This document shows, in pieces, positions 1 to 64,000 of a stretch of 64,000 bases of DNA. The notes under the pieces are model-generated. The model did no database searches, was not told the DNA's origin, and saw nothing but the letters and a program-made list of their open reading frames with translations. The position numbers were made by a program, and so were the translations under genes. The stretch comes from Amoebidium appalachense (taxonomy: Eukaryota > Protista > Ichthyosporea): assembly GCA_963693365.1 (NCBI GenBank), contig CAVNZM010000017.1:1403989-1467988 (forward strand). The letters run 5' to 3'. The stretch's first letter is position 1. Every line of letters starts with the position of its first letter.

Positions 1-222
1 TGGAGTTTCAGATATGTTCTGTCTATGATCTCCAATTCTTCTCTCTACCATATCACTAACACATTCCACCCTTTCCTCGCCCCCCCCTTCCCCCTCCCTC
101 CCCCCCTCCCCCCCCCCCCCCCCCCCCCCTCCCCTCCCCTCCCCTCCCCCCCCTCCTCCCCTCCTCCCCTCCTCCCCTGCCCCCCCCCTCCTCCTCCTCC
201 CACTCCGCTCTGTGATTTTCAG

Positions 223-21288
<21,066 letters not shown>

Positions 21289-22500
21289 GCCAGCCAACGA
21301 AAATGAAAACGGGGTGGAAATCTTTTACGAAAAACGCAAGTATATTTCATGACTGAATGGAGAAACAATGACTATGGGTGTGTGTATGTAGGATACAGTA
21401 ACTTAGAAGGGGAAAAGAAGACGCGAAATGTTTTGGAACTCAAGGGGATGGATGGGAATGAAAATTCGTGAAAAAATGAAGATATGCACTAGCAAAGTAT
21501 ATGGAAGGCAGACGTATGATTAGACGCCCTGTGATTGAAAAGTTCAAAGAGCAAGCAAACAGCATTCGTAAACGTCGTGCTTTGTGCTGCATCAGTACCA
21601 CTGTTTCTTTCCGTTTTCACTCTTCTGGTTTTTTTTTTTTTTTTTTTTTTTTTGTGTTACCAGACTTAACTTTTCTTTCTGCAAGGATCTTTTAGATAGA
21701 CCCACCCAAAAACAACGAAAAAACCCCTATATATTGCCCTAGGGATGCCAAGTTTGTAACATAACTACTAGTGTGTGCATTTGAAACGAAATTTGGCAAA
21801 TTTGGCCGAAGTGAAAAGGGAAGATCATGTCTTAAAAACCGCAGTGTTCTATTGTCGGTTTTTTTATTTATTTTCCTGAATTCGAAAAAGCAGTGTGTAA
21901 GTAATGTGTAAATAATGGCTTGTGATATAGATCTGAGCGGGTAGATGTTTGTGACTTTGTTCGCAAATGTAAAATAGTGATAAAATTCCCGTCGAAAGAT
22001 TCCGTTATCTCTTTCAGCTTGATATCTCATCGCGGCTTGCTCACATGCATGTATTTGGGTATCCACGAGATACTGGGTATATCAAATACGTATATCTATT
22101 TTAGTCTTTCGAGATGCATGTTCACTGCAGGCATGAGCAGTATAATTCAGGTCCGATATAAACGTGCATGTAGATATAATGTAGGAAGCATGTATGTAGG
22201 TGTACTAAAGAACATGTATTATAAATATGTATGTAGATAAACTGGCAACTATAGTTTAGAAAGACAACCCTGCTGAGGGCTGGTAACCTCTGAAAACTGC
22301 CGGGTCGAATGTAAATTCTAAAAAAATTATTTTCTTTTCCTTTAAGTTTTCTGTGTTAGTATGATGCGATGTGTACATAAACACGAACTGATGAAAGAGC
22401 TACTGCAAAAACCCCAGTCCACTTCACCCTGCCACCCACACTCCCCCCCCCCCCCCCCCCCCCCAGGGCCCTTACCAGATTGCTGCTTTCGTGCCATTCT

Positions 22501-22536
<36 letters not shown>

Positions 22537-22707
22537 TTCCACACACACACACACACACACACACCACACACCACCCCTAAACCGTAGAAATACGTCTGCC
22601 CCTGCCTCCTGTATGGTTCCCCACCCGTCCCCACCCGCCTCAATGTCATTCCCCATAATCATCCTCCCCCCCCCCCCCCCTCCCCCCCCCCCCCCCCCCC
22701 CCCACAT

Positions 22708-22738
<31 letters not shown>

Positions 22739-23064
22739 CCCCCCCCCCCTCCCCCCCACCCCCCCCCCCCCCCCCCCCCCCCCCCCAAATCCCCCCCCCT
22801 CCCCCCCCAATCCCCCCTCCCCCCCTGGCCCCCTCAACCCTCCCCCCCACCCCCCCCCCCCCGGAGCCCTTAAAAGATTGTGGCTTTCGTGCCTCTCCCC
22901 TCCCCCTTTCCCCCCTTCAACCCCTTAAGTGCACGTGCTCCCATCACCCTCCGCGTAGAAATTGTCCTGAACTCCTGTTTGGTTCCCCACAAGTCCCAAC
23001 CCCTCAGCATCATTCCACCTAATCCCCCCCCCCCCCTCCCCCCCCCCCCTTCCGCCCCCCACCA

Positions 23065-23124
<60 letters not shown>

Positions 23125-23336
23125 CAACAAACCAACAACAACAAAAACAAATCGAAAGGAAAAAGAAAAAAAGAAAGAAAGAAAGCCTTATTAATTAGAA
23201 AATAAAGGATTCAAAACGAAAAGAAAATGATGTGCGCGCTTCATTGTGGCAAGAGAGCTAATTATCAGCCTATGATAGCTGATTTCCACCGGTGTACGGC
23301 TAGCTAGGTTGCAGTATCGAGTTGTACTCCACCCCA

Positions 23337-23455
23337 TTATTCCGGAATAAGTAGGCTCGATTTTCAGATTACGTCAGAGCTTTGGCCAATAATTTCGGAA
23401 TAAATAGGCTCGTTTTCAGAATATGTCGGAGCTTTGGCTAATAATTTCGGAACAA
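23337..23455. repeat. Imperfect direct repeat, about 53 bp x2
   Basis: CGGAATAA.TAGGCTCG.TTTTCAGA....GTC.GAGCTTTGGC.AATAATTTCGGAA occurs twice in the convergent intergenic region. Confidence 0.8.
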
Positions 23456-23824
23456 AGGCTGGCACGTACTGACTGTGCCCTCTAGCCTATGGACGAATAA
23501 ATCGACGCTGGCTAAAGGTGAGTCACGTGATCAGCCGCTCTCCGGATCATCCGCGGCTCCTCGAAAAATTGGAGCTACTACAGGAGGTAGCTGGAACAAA
23601 GGTGCATATTTAGCAAAATGCAAAATGGAGTAAGAATAAGTCTCGAAATACGCAATTTTCAGTTCTGGCACTGTTTCCTGTGCTGTTGCAACTGCCGCCC
23701 TTGTTGTGCTCTGTAAATTTCTCATTCTTTTCGGTTTTGGCACCTACAATCTATCCGCGCTTTTACCTTTCTCCTCATCTTTTTGGATAGATATGCCGTA
23801 ACTAAGGTCTCCCTCGTGTGTGTG

Positions 23825-23872
<48 letters not shown>

Positions 23873-24510
23873 CGTGTGTGTATGCGTGTACATGTGTGCT
23901 TGTGTGTGAGCATGTGTTTGTGCGGATGTGTGGGCGTGCACTTTTGTGCATGTGTGTTTCTTTGTGTGGGGGGGAGGGAGGGAGGGGAGGACAAAGGGTG
24001 GGAGGGGGGGGAGGGGGGGGGGGGGGGGGGGGGGAGGGAGCATTTTGTTCGAATTCGTTGAATTCTTTTATTTGCAAAAACCATTTTAGAATGTTGTGGG
24101 TGTTGATTTTAGATCACGAATCACCGCACAAGGCCTTGATTTGAATCACCAAATAAAGCATACACTGGGTAACGTACATTCTTCTAATACTAAAAGTCGC
24201 CCTTTGCACAAGGCATTTCGGAATCAAAATATTTGCAGATTTACATTCCAATCATCAAAAAACAAACAAATAAAAGGGGGACCCCGTTCACTACCCTGTC
24301 AATTTCCACTTCACCATTATGGAAAGAATTGGGGCAAATTTCAATCTTTCAGGGGAGAGGGGGAAAAGGAGGGGTAAAAAAGGATTGAGAGGAGGAAAAA
24401 ACGGTCCAAAAAGCAAAAACAAAACTTCAGCTATCGAAGATCAAACTAATGCACTTCAAGTTCGAATAAACAGTGTGCCCGTCATAAAAAGATGCCTAAG
24501 TCGGAACCAT

Positions 24511-49394
<24,884 letters not shown>

Positions 49395-50472
49395 TTTGAC
49401 GTTGAGCGTAGTCGTAAGAGAGGTATATAATTGGTTGTGCTTGGATGGATGATGAGGTGAGGGTGGTAAAACGCGAGGGAGAGAAGAAGGTGAGTGGAGT
49501 CTATAGACCTTGGCTTTTGGTAGGTGATGTGAGTGTACTGATGGACCGAATGGTCACGGTGTGTATATGCTCTTAACACTAACTTGATATATTTAATATT
49601 AAATATAATATGTCGTGCACAAGTCAAGCTTACACACTGATATGCACCGTGGCTATAAAGCACACCTGTCATGAGCTTCCGGTGGGTGAAAGCTTCGGGT
49701 TTTTTGTGTGTGTGTTTTTTTTTTTCCTGAAGCGGAAGTATTTTGTTTGTGTGGAATTGTTTGCGCAAACCGTGTGTTTAAAATTAGTCTCATGCATGAG
49801 CCGCTTTTGATTCGCGAAATGTCACGCATTTGTTTCAACCTGCGCAGATCCAAGGCAAATGTTCGCCTCTAAGTTTCAATATCATAACTATTCTCCTTTT
49901 TACTTAAGCCGATATTTATTTTTAAGCGCTTAAAAACAAGCAAAGAGGTTAGGCTGTACCTTTTTTTCTTGTAACTCCCACCGGTGCACGCCCGTCACAA
50001 GCCTCGCAGATCTATTCGATTCTATTCCTCAGATCTAACCACATGATTGGATAGTTACCCTACCAATTAATCGATGAGGGATTTAGATCTATATTGCTGA
50101 TAGGTCGACATCTTTTTCTCAAAAGATTATTGGCTATTGTACCAGGTCTACGGGATACACTGTTTTGCAATCGGCGAATAAGACAAACACGGCGTTAGTA
50201 CTTATCACCTTGTCAGCAAATAACGCCACACATTTACATTAATTGATGCTAAAATCATTTCCCCAATTAACCGAGCTATCCTCCGCCCCTCGTTCATAAA
50301 CAACAACCATTTGGACTTCGCAAGCAGTTGTACAAGTGGTGCCGTCTTTTTTTTGATACGCGTATCCCCCATTCAAAGGGCTGTCAAGTCAACCCGAGTT
50401 CCCATTGCTTTACCAATTCACACAGGCCATTATTCCAAGCTTGTTGACCAGTCTAATAATTTAATTAAAAAA
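49395..50472. promoter_or_regulatory. Divergent intergenic region between the aminopeptidase and gene 3 (probable promoters and 5' UTRs)
   Basis: Head-to-head ATGs 1.08 kb apart; AT-richer and free of poly(C) tracts. No specific sites identified. Confidence 0.5.
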
Positions 50473-55266
<4,794 letters not shown>

Positions 55267-55789
55267 ACCACAATGTGCAATATATGTATAAAGGGGTTTA
55301 CCGTGAATTCAGAAGCGGGAAGACTTGGAATCTGGGGTTTGACGGCAGTGGGGTTTTTGATGATTTTTTTGGTTTGCTAATGGGAGTTGCTTTTTAGTTT
55401 ATGACTATGGCATGTGAAATTCGAGTGGGAGAATGACCATTCATGAAAAACATTCAGTATAAAACGACGTGGTCTTTTATATCGTACCCTAGTGCCAATT
55501 CACTTGGCAGAAAGGAGTAGTTATGTCTTTGAAGATTATAATGAAGGATAATGTGTGAATTTTGTTGGCCAAATTAGTGGTATAAGTAAGCGGCCTATAA
55601 ACATAAAAACTGAATGTCTGAACTTCGCCGGAAAGAATTCGGCGACTATGTGACCCCCCACCTCCCACCCCCCTTCCCTCAACACGTGCGCGCGCGCGCG
55701 CACACACACACACACACCGGAGCATTTGCACTTTTCATGTTGTTTGGCGTGCGGCCGCCCCTCCCATCTCAACGATTTCATAACCAAAT

Positions 55790-55849
55790 TATGTTATGTC
55801 ACATTTTGACTTTCTTTCTTTTCCTTTCCTTTCCTTTTTTTTTTTTTTT

Positions 55850-55894
<45 letters not shown>

Positions 55895-55916
55895 GGGGGG
55901 GGGGGGGGGGAAGGGA

Positions 55917-55949
<33 letters not shown>

Positions 55950-56049
55950 GGGGGGGTGTACAAGGGGGGGGGGAGGGGGGGGGGGAGGGGGGTAGGACTC
56001 TGCCAAAGAAGCTTCAACAGTATTTTGCATCACATTTTGACTTTTTCTT

Positions 56050-56080
<31 letters not shown>

Positions 56081-56097
56081 GGGGGGCCATTTTTTTT

Positions 56098-56128
<31 letters not shown>

Positions 56129-56149
56129 GGGGGCGGCCTTTTTTTTTTT

Positions 56150-56192
<43 letters not shown>

Positions 56193-56316
56193 GGGGGGGG
56201 GGAGGGAGAGGGGGGGGGGCGGGGAGGGGGGGGGGTGTACAAGGGGGGGAGGGGGGGGGGGGGGGGTAGGACTCTGCCAAAGAAGCTTCAATAGTATTTT
56301 GCATCACATTATGACT

Positions 56317-56347
<31 letters not shown>

Positions 56348-56380
56348 GGGGAGGGGGTAGGACTCTGCCAAAGAAGCTTT
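55790..56380. repeat. Imperfect tandem repeat of short unique linkers joined by poly(T)/poly(G)
   Basis: GGGTAGGACTCTGCCAAAGAAGCTT x3 and TCACATT[T/A]TGACTTT x3. Confidence 0.85.
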
Positions 56381-56839
56381 CGTGGTCGTTTTCTAACGAG
56401 CACGTAATAGATCTCTAACTCCTCGCACAGCTACTCAACCTACCAGACGCACAAACCTCCCCAGCACGGACGTATCACAATGTCATATGGCACGAACACA
56501 CCATGCACACACCCGTGTAAGCCGTAGCTAGTATGTGTACACTGCTCTTATTCGAATTTGTGAGTATGCATGTGTTGGGCCTGTGGGTTTACGCTGTGTA
56601 ACCGAGGCACAGAGAGGAGGCTCGGGCACCATTGAGGGGGGGCCGGGGCGGGGGGGGGGGGGGGGGGGGGGGGAGGGGGGGAACGGCGGGTTGCTCGGTA
56701 TCAATATCCCCACAGTTATAGTATCAGATAAATGGATGCCGGCTGTTAAACAGTTGTTTCCAAGACTGTCAAACGTTCAACTATAGTAGTATCATACCTT
56801 TTTCGTGCTGTGGTCAATAAGGCTATTTTTTGTTGTTGT

Positions 56840-56879
<40 letters not shown>

Positions 56880-56968
56880 GGGGAGGGCGAGTGGGGGGGG
56901 GGGGGGGGGGGGGGAGGGGGTGAGACACTCGACATCAGCTGATACAGTATGTGTGGTGTGAGGCTGTG

Positions 56969-57069
<101 letters not shown>

Positions 57070-57803
57070 GTGTGTGTGTGTGTGTACATGTGGGCGTTGA
57101 CTCACGTTCCACGTACTTTTAAACGCCCGCACACTTGGCACCACGTGCATAGTTTTATACCAAAAGTAATCAATTGATTTTGCACAATTACCAGCCTGTG
57201 TCCCCCAAATGAGTCCTCACCATCCCACACTCAACATCTTCCATTGTGCCGTGTCAAAGGATGGAAAGAATCATGCACAGAATTGGAGTCTATCTCTCCT
57301 TAATATAAGATGCTTTGCAATGGGACTCCATAATTCAGCTCTACATACATACACTCTCGCGTATCCGTGTGCTCAGTCAAACAGCGTTACGCCCAAACAG
57401 CCCTTGCCTCCCTTGCTGCAACTTGCCAGAGTCAAAGACCACACGAAAGCATCGATGGAGTGATGCCAAAAGGTCGATATCTTACAGCGGTAAAATAGCT
57501 GATTAAATTAAGCCAGCCTATTCGCTTGCTAAAAGCTTAAGTTGTTAAAACAACGGCTACATTGTAAGAATATGTGGATTAGGCTAAAATGTCAACTTGT
57601 ATCATGCATTGTTTTACCTAGCACGAACGGCGGCTCTTTAACGAAGAATACTGTATAAGAGCGAGTCTCCCTTCGTCTTCGTTTGCACTTTATGACTGTT
57701 TCCCGTTTTTCAAGTTTTTGCTCGCTTGGTGCCCGCCCCCGCACAGACGCTCAAGTAGTGTGCTGGGGCGAATGAAGTTGTGCTTGTGTGCCTGTGCCGG
57801 TGC

Positions 57804-58788
57804 ATGAGCATAGAGCAAGATGGTCGGCAAGTAGTTTTTCTTGGGTTTTCCCTCTCGGAGGAGCAACGGAATCAGACCCACGATCAGGCAACGCAGGGAC
57901 CGGTGTTGTCTTTGGATCTTGGTGATGTTTTCGGAGCAAGCACGGGAGATGAAAACCAGGAAAGCTTTGTGCGACTGTCGGGGGGTGAGGGGGTGGATGT
58001 AGGGGTTGGCGAAGATTTTTGGGCAGGGTTTGGGTTTTCGGGAGATGAGGGAAGGGAGGTGGTAGATGTGGAGGTAGAGGAAAGAAAGAGAGTGGCTGAG
58101 GAGACTGGGTTTGGTGCAACATCGAAAAGGAGGAAAGGAAGGAAAGATAGTTCTGGTGAGAGGAGGAGGAAAGATGCACAAGGGTTCAACACACATCACG
58201 GCAAGCGTAAGATGAGTGGTTACTTAGTCTAAGATGAGTTTCGCATGGTTCCTTGCCTCTTTAAAACCACCAGGCAAAAACCAAGAACATGCCTGTGTAA
58301 GGCCGCCGCTGGAGGGATCTACGAAATAATGCATCCTTGGCTTGTGGAAAAAACCTCATACACACAGGGCAAGGGACCAAATACGATTTTTTCCTTTTTT
58401 GGGCATCTTCTTTGGGAGTCTCCGTTTCTCCAGGATCCTCAGTGTGTGCTTGTGTGTGGCCCTTCATATGCACTCCTCTGCCTTGGTTTGAGCACGAGTA
58501 TAGGGCAAGGATTGCGTTTTTTTATTTTTTTGCTCTCTCTCTTTTTTTTTGAAAAGGAACATTTATATGTATGAAAGAAAATTCTTCTGCTGGTTCGTTT
58601 AAGATTTCTCTTTTTTCCCCCGGTACGTGTGCCAAAGTTTTTGTTCTTGTCCCAGGGCGCTCAAGTTGCCGACGGTTACCGCAACTGTGGGTGCATGGAA
58701 AGCTGCCCCCGCCATAAAGAGGCCAAAGATTCCCGTTCTGGAAGTGCTGGAGGTGTGCGTGTGTGTGTGTGCGTGTGTGCGTGCGTGC

Positions 58789-58830
<42 letters not shown>

Positions 58831-59324
58831 TTGTGTGCGTGAGTGTGTCTGCGCGTGTGCACGTGCGCGCACATGCGCTCGTGTGTGTGTGCGTTGTTAG
58901 AGGTCGGGGGGGGGGGGGGGGGGGGGGGGTTGTAAGTCTGCTTTTGTGCATGTGCTTGCCTACATATTGATCGTGTACGTATGGTTAGTGTATGTCTGTA
59001 CATCGTGTGTAATACACACTAGTCTAGTCAACACGTATTGGTGTGCCTATTACCGTTTCTTTTCTGCCATGTGCCGCGACTGTGCTTGTTGTTATATCCA
59101 CGTGGCTTGGCTCTGCTTGTTGGACAAAGGTATTTACCTATTGTTTTTTTGCTGTGTGGCAGCTTGAGCAAAAAAATGGTTTGGATTTCTCATTTTTTTT
59201 AACCTTTCTTTTCTGTTTCATTTTTTCGCTTTTCCCCTTCTCCGTCGTTTTTCTTTCCTTTGCTTTTCTCGTCCTTCCCCCCCCTCCCTCCCCTCCCTCT
59301 CCCTCCCTCCCCTCCCTCCCTCCC

Positions 59325-59367
<43 letters not shown>

Positions 59368-59402
59368 CTTTTCTTTTGGGAGAGTGTTTTATTTTCACCA
59401 CA

Positions 59403-59473
<71 letters not shown>

Positions 59474-59873
59474 AGGGATGGGAGGTTTAATTATGCCCCA
59501 CGACCCTCAACATGCTCAGTGGCCTTTTCCTCGAATTAGAAATCCCGAGTACTATTCATTATATCCAACACATTTTGAAGAAATGCTCTATATATCCAGT
59601 GGATAACCAATAGACATCCATTAAGTATAATAGGACATCCTCCACTTGATATTCAAAAGACATCCAATAAGTATACTGGTAACCAATAAGTATACCAATC
59701 CAATAAGTACATCCAGTAAATATCTATAATATGCAATAGATATCCCACTTATATCCAACTCATATCCACTAAACTCAGATCGACTGCTTCACCCGTGTGG
59801 CGTCTGTCACGGCCCTCTGAAAGCCGTGCGTCTGTCCATTGCAGAAGCCACCCAAAGACCCGAAGGAAGGAGC

Positions 59874-59905
<32 letters not shown>

Positions 59906-60521
59906 ATTTTCCTATGCCAGCCATCTCTTGTGCTTATGTTTGGTGTTACCGCGCCTGGAATGCAAGTGTAAGAACGATTATCTGTGAAGCATTCAGTGGA
60001 CTAATAACAACTAAAGATATAGTAAAATGATAACTATCAATAATAAAGATATTAATTTATAGAATATTAGCCCTTAGACTATGCAGTGAGCGTTTGTCCG
60101 ACCACTCTTCCATGAGGTGTTACTATTTAGTGTACCCTAAATCTAGTACAGTGTCTGACGTTCAAATACCAACTGTGAATCTCCGCTGCAATTCATTCAT
60201 ATCTCACGTTAAAATTGATCCTTATCTTACGTTGAAATTCTTGTATATCTCCCGGTGAATCTCATGTGTATCCCACGTTGAAGGTGATGTTTATCTCGAG
60301 TCGGAATTCGTCATAAATCAGTCAGACGCATGTCTTACGTTGACATTCATATTTATATATCCTGTACTGAGCTTATATATATCATATCAATCATTAACTA
60401 ACACATTGAAATTTGTGTATATCCACAGACGGGTGATATGCTTAATTTTGGCCCCCAATGCACTGCCGAGGCACTCTATCGCTACGTCATTAACGCAGTC
60501 GGAGCCACGGCGACTAAGGTG

Positions 60522-60568
<47 letters not shown>

Positions 60569-60657
60569 CCCCCGGCGCCTCCCCCGCCTCCCCCAATGTG
60601 ATGTTATAATCTGCACTATTATCTGTCATGAATGTGTGCTTTGTACTCTGTAACATA

Positions 60658-60699
<42 letters not shown>

Positions 60700-61125
60700 A
60701 AAAAAAAAAAAAAAACCCTCCTCCTTCCCCCCCCGGGTTCCCCATGAGGATGGGCTCTGCTTTCTCTTGCTATACTGCGTGTTACTTATACTGCAGACTG
60801 CTTACATGTTTGCATTCGCATAGCTTTATTTGTCCTGCACCGTGCTTCTCGTCATGTAGTTGTGCTCGTACCCCGGTGGTCCGTATTCTGAATCCTGCAT
60901 TCCGCATTTTGCATCCCCCCCCCCCCCCCCCCCCCCCCACCCCACCCCCGATGCCTCTCTCTCTACCTGAAACCCATTTACCGACAATGAACCCCCCCTA
61001 CCCCCACCCCCACGCACAAACAGCCCCTCCCTCCCTCCCTCCCCACCACCACCACCACCACTAGCACCACCACCACCGCACACACACACAAACTCACAAC
61101 CCTTCCCCGTTTCCCCCCCACCCCC

Positions 61126-61198
<73 letters not shown>

Positions 61199-61255
61199 AC
61201 ACACATACACACACGCACACACACACGCACGTACGTACACACACGCACGCACGCG

Positions 61256-61313
<58 letters not shown>

Positions 61314-61369
61314 ACGCACACACACGCACGCACACACACGCACACACACACACACGCACGTACGTACAC

Positions 61370-61443
<74 letters not shown>

Positions 61444-62436
61444 ACACACAAGCCAACAACAAGACCGTGTACCGGTGCCCGTATTGTGACCATGAGCCCC
61501 AGCAGCACTCAGACAAGATTGTGACCCATTCACTGAAGCAGCATTTTGGCCAATACCTGCACACAATGTGCGCGGTCTGCGCCAAATGTGTGCCGGTATT
61601 CTACTCCATCCCCCCCCCCCCCCCCCCCCCCGCGTCCACCCCCCCTCCCCCCCCCCCCCTCCCCCGCCCCTCGCCCGCCCGTCACCGGCCCTCTCCCCCC
61701 AAAGAGGCGGAGAAAGAAAAAGAAAAAAAATCGAAAGATAAAGATGGAAGAAAGGAAAAGAAAAGAGAGTGAAAGAAAAACAGAAAGAGAGGTAAACGGA
61801 AAAAAAGAGAGAAAAGAAAAGAAAGGAACGAAGGAAGGAAGAAGTTAAGAAAGAAAGACAGGGAAAAATGCCGGAAAATGTCTGTGCATGAACCTCTTTT
61901 TCACACCTGGAAGAGAACGGCGGAGTATTTGGCCCATGTGTGCCATTTTGATTTAGCTGATGACCTGAGTGTTTTAACTTTAAAGCCGGTGTTCCCATGA
62001 TTTCTAAATAAGGCAATTTTTAATGATGGCCATATGTGGGCAAATGTTGTTTGTCATAGCATCGGGTATGTAGCGCCCAAAATCTTTGACGTCCACACAG
62101 GTTCCATATTGATGTCATATTAAAGTCACACCGCAAATCGCATGTTTAGACGATAAAAAATGCCTAATATTAGCTCAAGGACTAATGCAAATCGATTGAT
62201 CATGTGCTCATTTTTTAATCACAGAGCAATAGTTGGGAGGGCCATCAGAATCGGTGTGTTCTGCGACGGCTTAAAGGTACTCCCCTCTGTGTCTTATCTT
62301 CTGCAAAACACACACGCGCACACACACTTACACTCATGACATGTGCTGCGTGCCCACAAACACACACATGGATATGCCCAAAACACATCATTTGGCAAAG
62401 AATACAAGTGTACACGGACCTAGGGGGGGGGGTGCG

Positions 62437-62527
<91 letters not shown>

Positions 62528-62712
62528 CCCCCCCGAAAAAAAAGAAAGAAATAAATAAATAAATAAACAAAGAGAGAGAAAGAAGGTGCAATAAGAAGAA
62601 AGAAAGGATGGAAGTATGGAAGGAAGAAAGAAAACGAAAACACACCACCGCCCCTATCTCCACATTATTTCACAAGCAAAACACTACTCAGTTTCGGAGC
62701 TTTTGATTTTTT

Positions 62713-62747
<35 letters not shown>

Positions 62748-63776
62748 GGGCTCATTCGGCGGGGGGAGGGGGGAGGAGGGGTTCTTTGCTCCGGCTGCCG
62801 TTCTTACAAAATGTCATTTTATTCATTTTTCAGCTAACCAGCACACAACATTCTATATTAGCTCCCCAACCCAACTCATCATGTTCCCTTCATCCCGCAC
62901 GCACAGAAATCAGGCCGGCAACTAGCCTGCACCCAGCAAGTGTTGCAGTGCACACAGTGGATGATGACTGGGTCTCTGTGTGCCTGTCGGTGGGGTTGGA
63001 CCCACAGGTGTTGAATTTGGAGGATGGGTTGGTGGATGTGTTGGGTGAGTCTCTTTCCCTCCCTCCCTCTCTCCCTCCCTCCCTCCCTCTCCCTCCCTCC
63101 TTCTCTCTCCCTCCCCCCCCCCCCCCCCCCCCCCTCCCTCCCTCCCCCCTTCCCCCCCCCCCCCCCCTCTCTCTCCCCTCCCTCCCTCCCCTCTCACTCC
63201 CCCCCCCCCCCCCATTCCCCCCGCCCGCCCTCTCTCCCTATCTCTCTCTTTCTCTCCCACCGTCTATCCCTCCCCCCCCCCCCCCCCCCTCACCCTCTCT
63301 CCTTCTCTTTTTCTGAGACACACACTCTCCTTCTCTCCCTCACATACACACACACTCTCTCTCTTTCTCCCTTCCCCCCCCCCCCCCCCCCCCCGCCCAT
63401 CTCTCTCTCTCTCACTCTATCTCTCTTCTCTCTCTCTCGATCTCTGGACCTCTCCCCCCCCCCCCCCCCCCCTCTTCTCTCTCTCTCTCCCCCCCCCCCC
63501 CCCCTCCCTTCATCCCTCTTGCCCTCTCCCTGCCCCCCCCACCCCCACCCCCCCTTCCTCCCAGTTCCCTTTCTCCCTTCCTTCCCACAGCACACACACG
63601 TTTATCGCAAAGGGGCTCTACCCCTTTCTAACTGTCCCTTTCTTATCAAGGCCTAGGAGTCTTGTCCCCGTGAACAACTAGCACAACATGTATCATACTG
63701 TTTTGCAGGCTCACGATACAAGAACGAACTTTTCGCTTGTTTAAACATTAGCCTCGGAGAACGGCAACGTTTATAA
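57804..63776 (+). CDS. Putative nuclear multi-zinc-finger protein (~357 aa): SCA7-like CCCH, C2H2-like, UBZ-like C2HC motifs, SAM-like C-terminus
   Basis: Phase-consistent exons 57804-58206, 58274-58296, 58656-58752, 59779-59825, 60429-60518, 61440-61595, 62225-62276, 62907-63044, 63709-63776. Basic NLS-like KRRKGRK/RRRK; C-x10-C-x5-C-x2-H; YRCPYC..H-x4-H; CAVC-x11-H-x3-C; [16 protein letters not shown]. The 5' exons are less certain. Confidence 0.6.
60727..60870 (+). mobile_element. Diverged 3' fragment of the poly(C)-anchored element
   Basis: GGGTTCCCCATGAGGATGGGCTCTGCTT followed by a tail resembling those at 18992 and 43690; another tail-like piece at ~60596-60657. Confidence 0.7.
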
Positions 63777-64000
63777 TTCCTTCTTTGGGCCCTTGCCTGA
63801 AACTCCTAACCTCCCCCCTCCCCCCCCCTCCTTCTCTCGCGCTCTCTCTTTCTCTCTCTCTCTCTCTCTCGGTCTCTCGTTCCCTCCCTCCCCCCCTCAT
63901 CATCCCTCTCTCCCCCGTCCCCCACTCCACCCACCCACCCAGCCAACCCAAAAAAGAAAAGGAAGAAAAGAAAAACAACCTTTCCTTAGGTTCCCCCACC

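Noticed and set aside
22264-22306. Possible degenerate Penelope-type hammerhead ACC-CTGCTGA-GGG..CCTCT-GAAA..GGGT
   Set aside because: Core reads CUGCUGA, stem II does not abut GAAA and there is no UH site; no RT or GIY-YIG remnant recognised nearby.
59861-59870. Apparent non-canonical GA donor in gene 4
   Set aside because: A canonical phase-0 GT donor at 59826 explains the exon.

Overview
Intron-rich eukaryotic DNA with GT-AG introns full of poly(C) and (CA)n on the sense strand; nearly all ORFs in the supplied track are simple-repeat artefacts. Splicing by hand gives four genes: (1) a 5'-incomplete + strand single-pass surface protein (GGA[IML] right-handed beta-helix repeats, Sushi/CCP, Cys-rich repeats, hexapeptide left-handed beta-helix, TM, SAM) ending at 21288; (2) a complete 26-exon - strand M1 (puromycin-sensitive-like) aminopeptidase, 24511-49394, holding an intronic tRNA-Pro(CGG) and a Harbinger-like MITE; (3) a 6-exon + strand secreted Thr/Cys-rich protein with a hydrophobic tail, 50473-55266; (4) a tentative 9-exon + strand multi-zinc-finger protein, 57804-63776. 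Two signals stand out. (a) A young dispersed element whose copies share a 3' end abutting poly(C), have variable 5' truncations, always run with the host gene, and contain a covarying pseudoknotted RNA fold with the hammerhead core motifs (CUGANGA, GAAA, GUH) in non-canonical order. (b) Intronic tandem copies of exon edges, above all five extra copies of the HEXXH catalytic exon end that differ almost only at synonymous sites. All models and folds were read by eye; a few 1-nt shifts in homopolymers are probably assembly errors.
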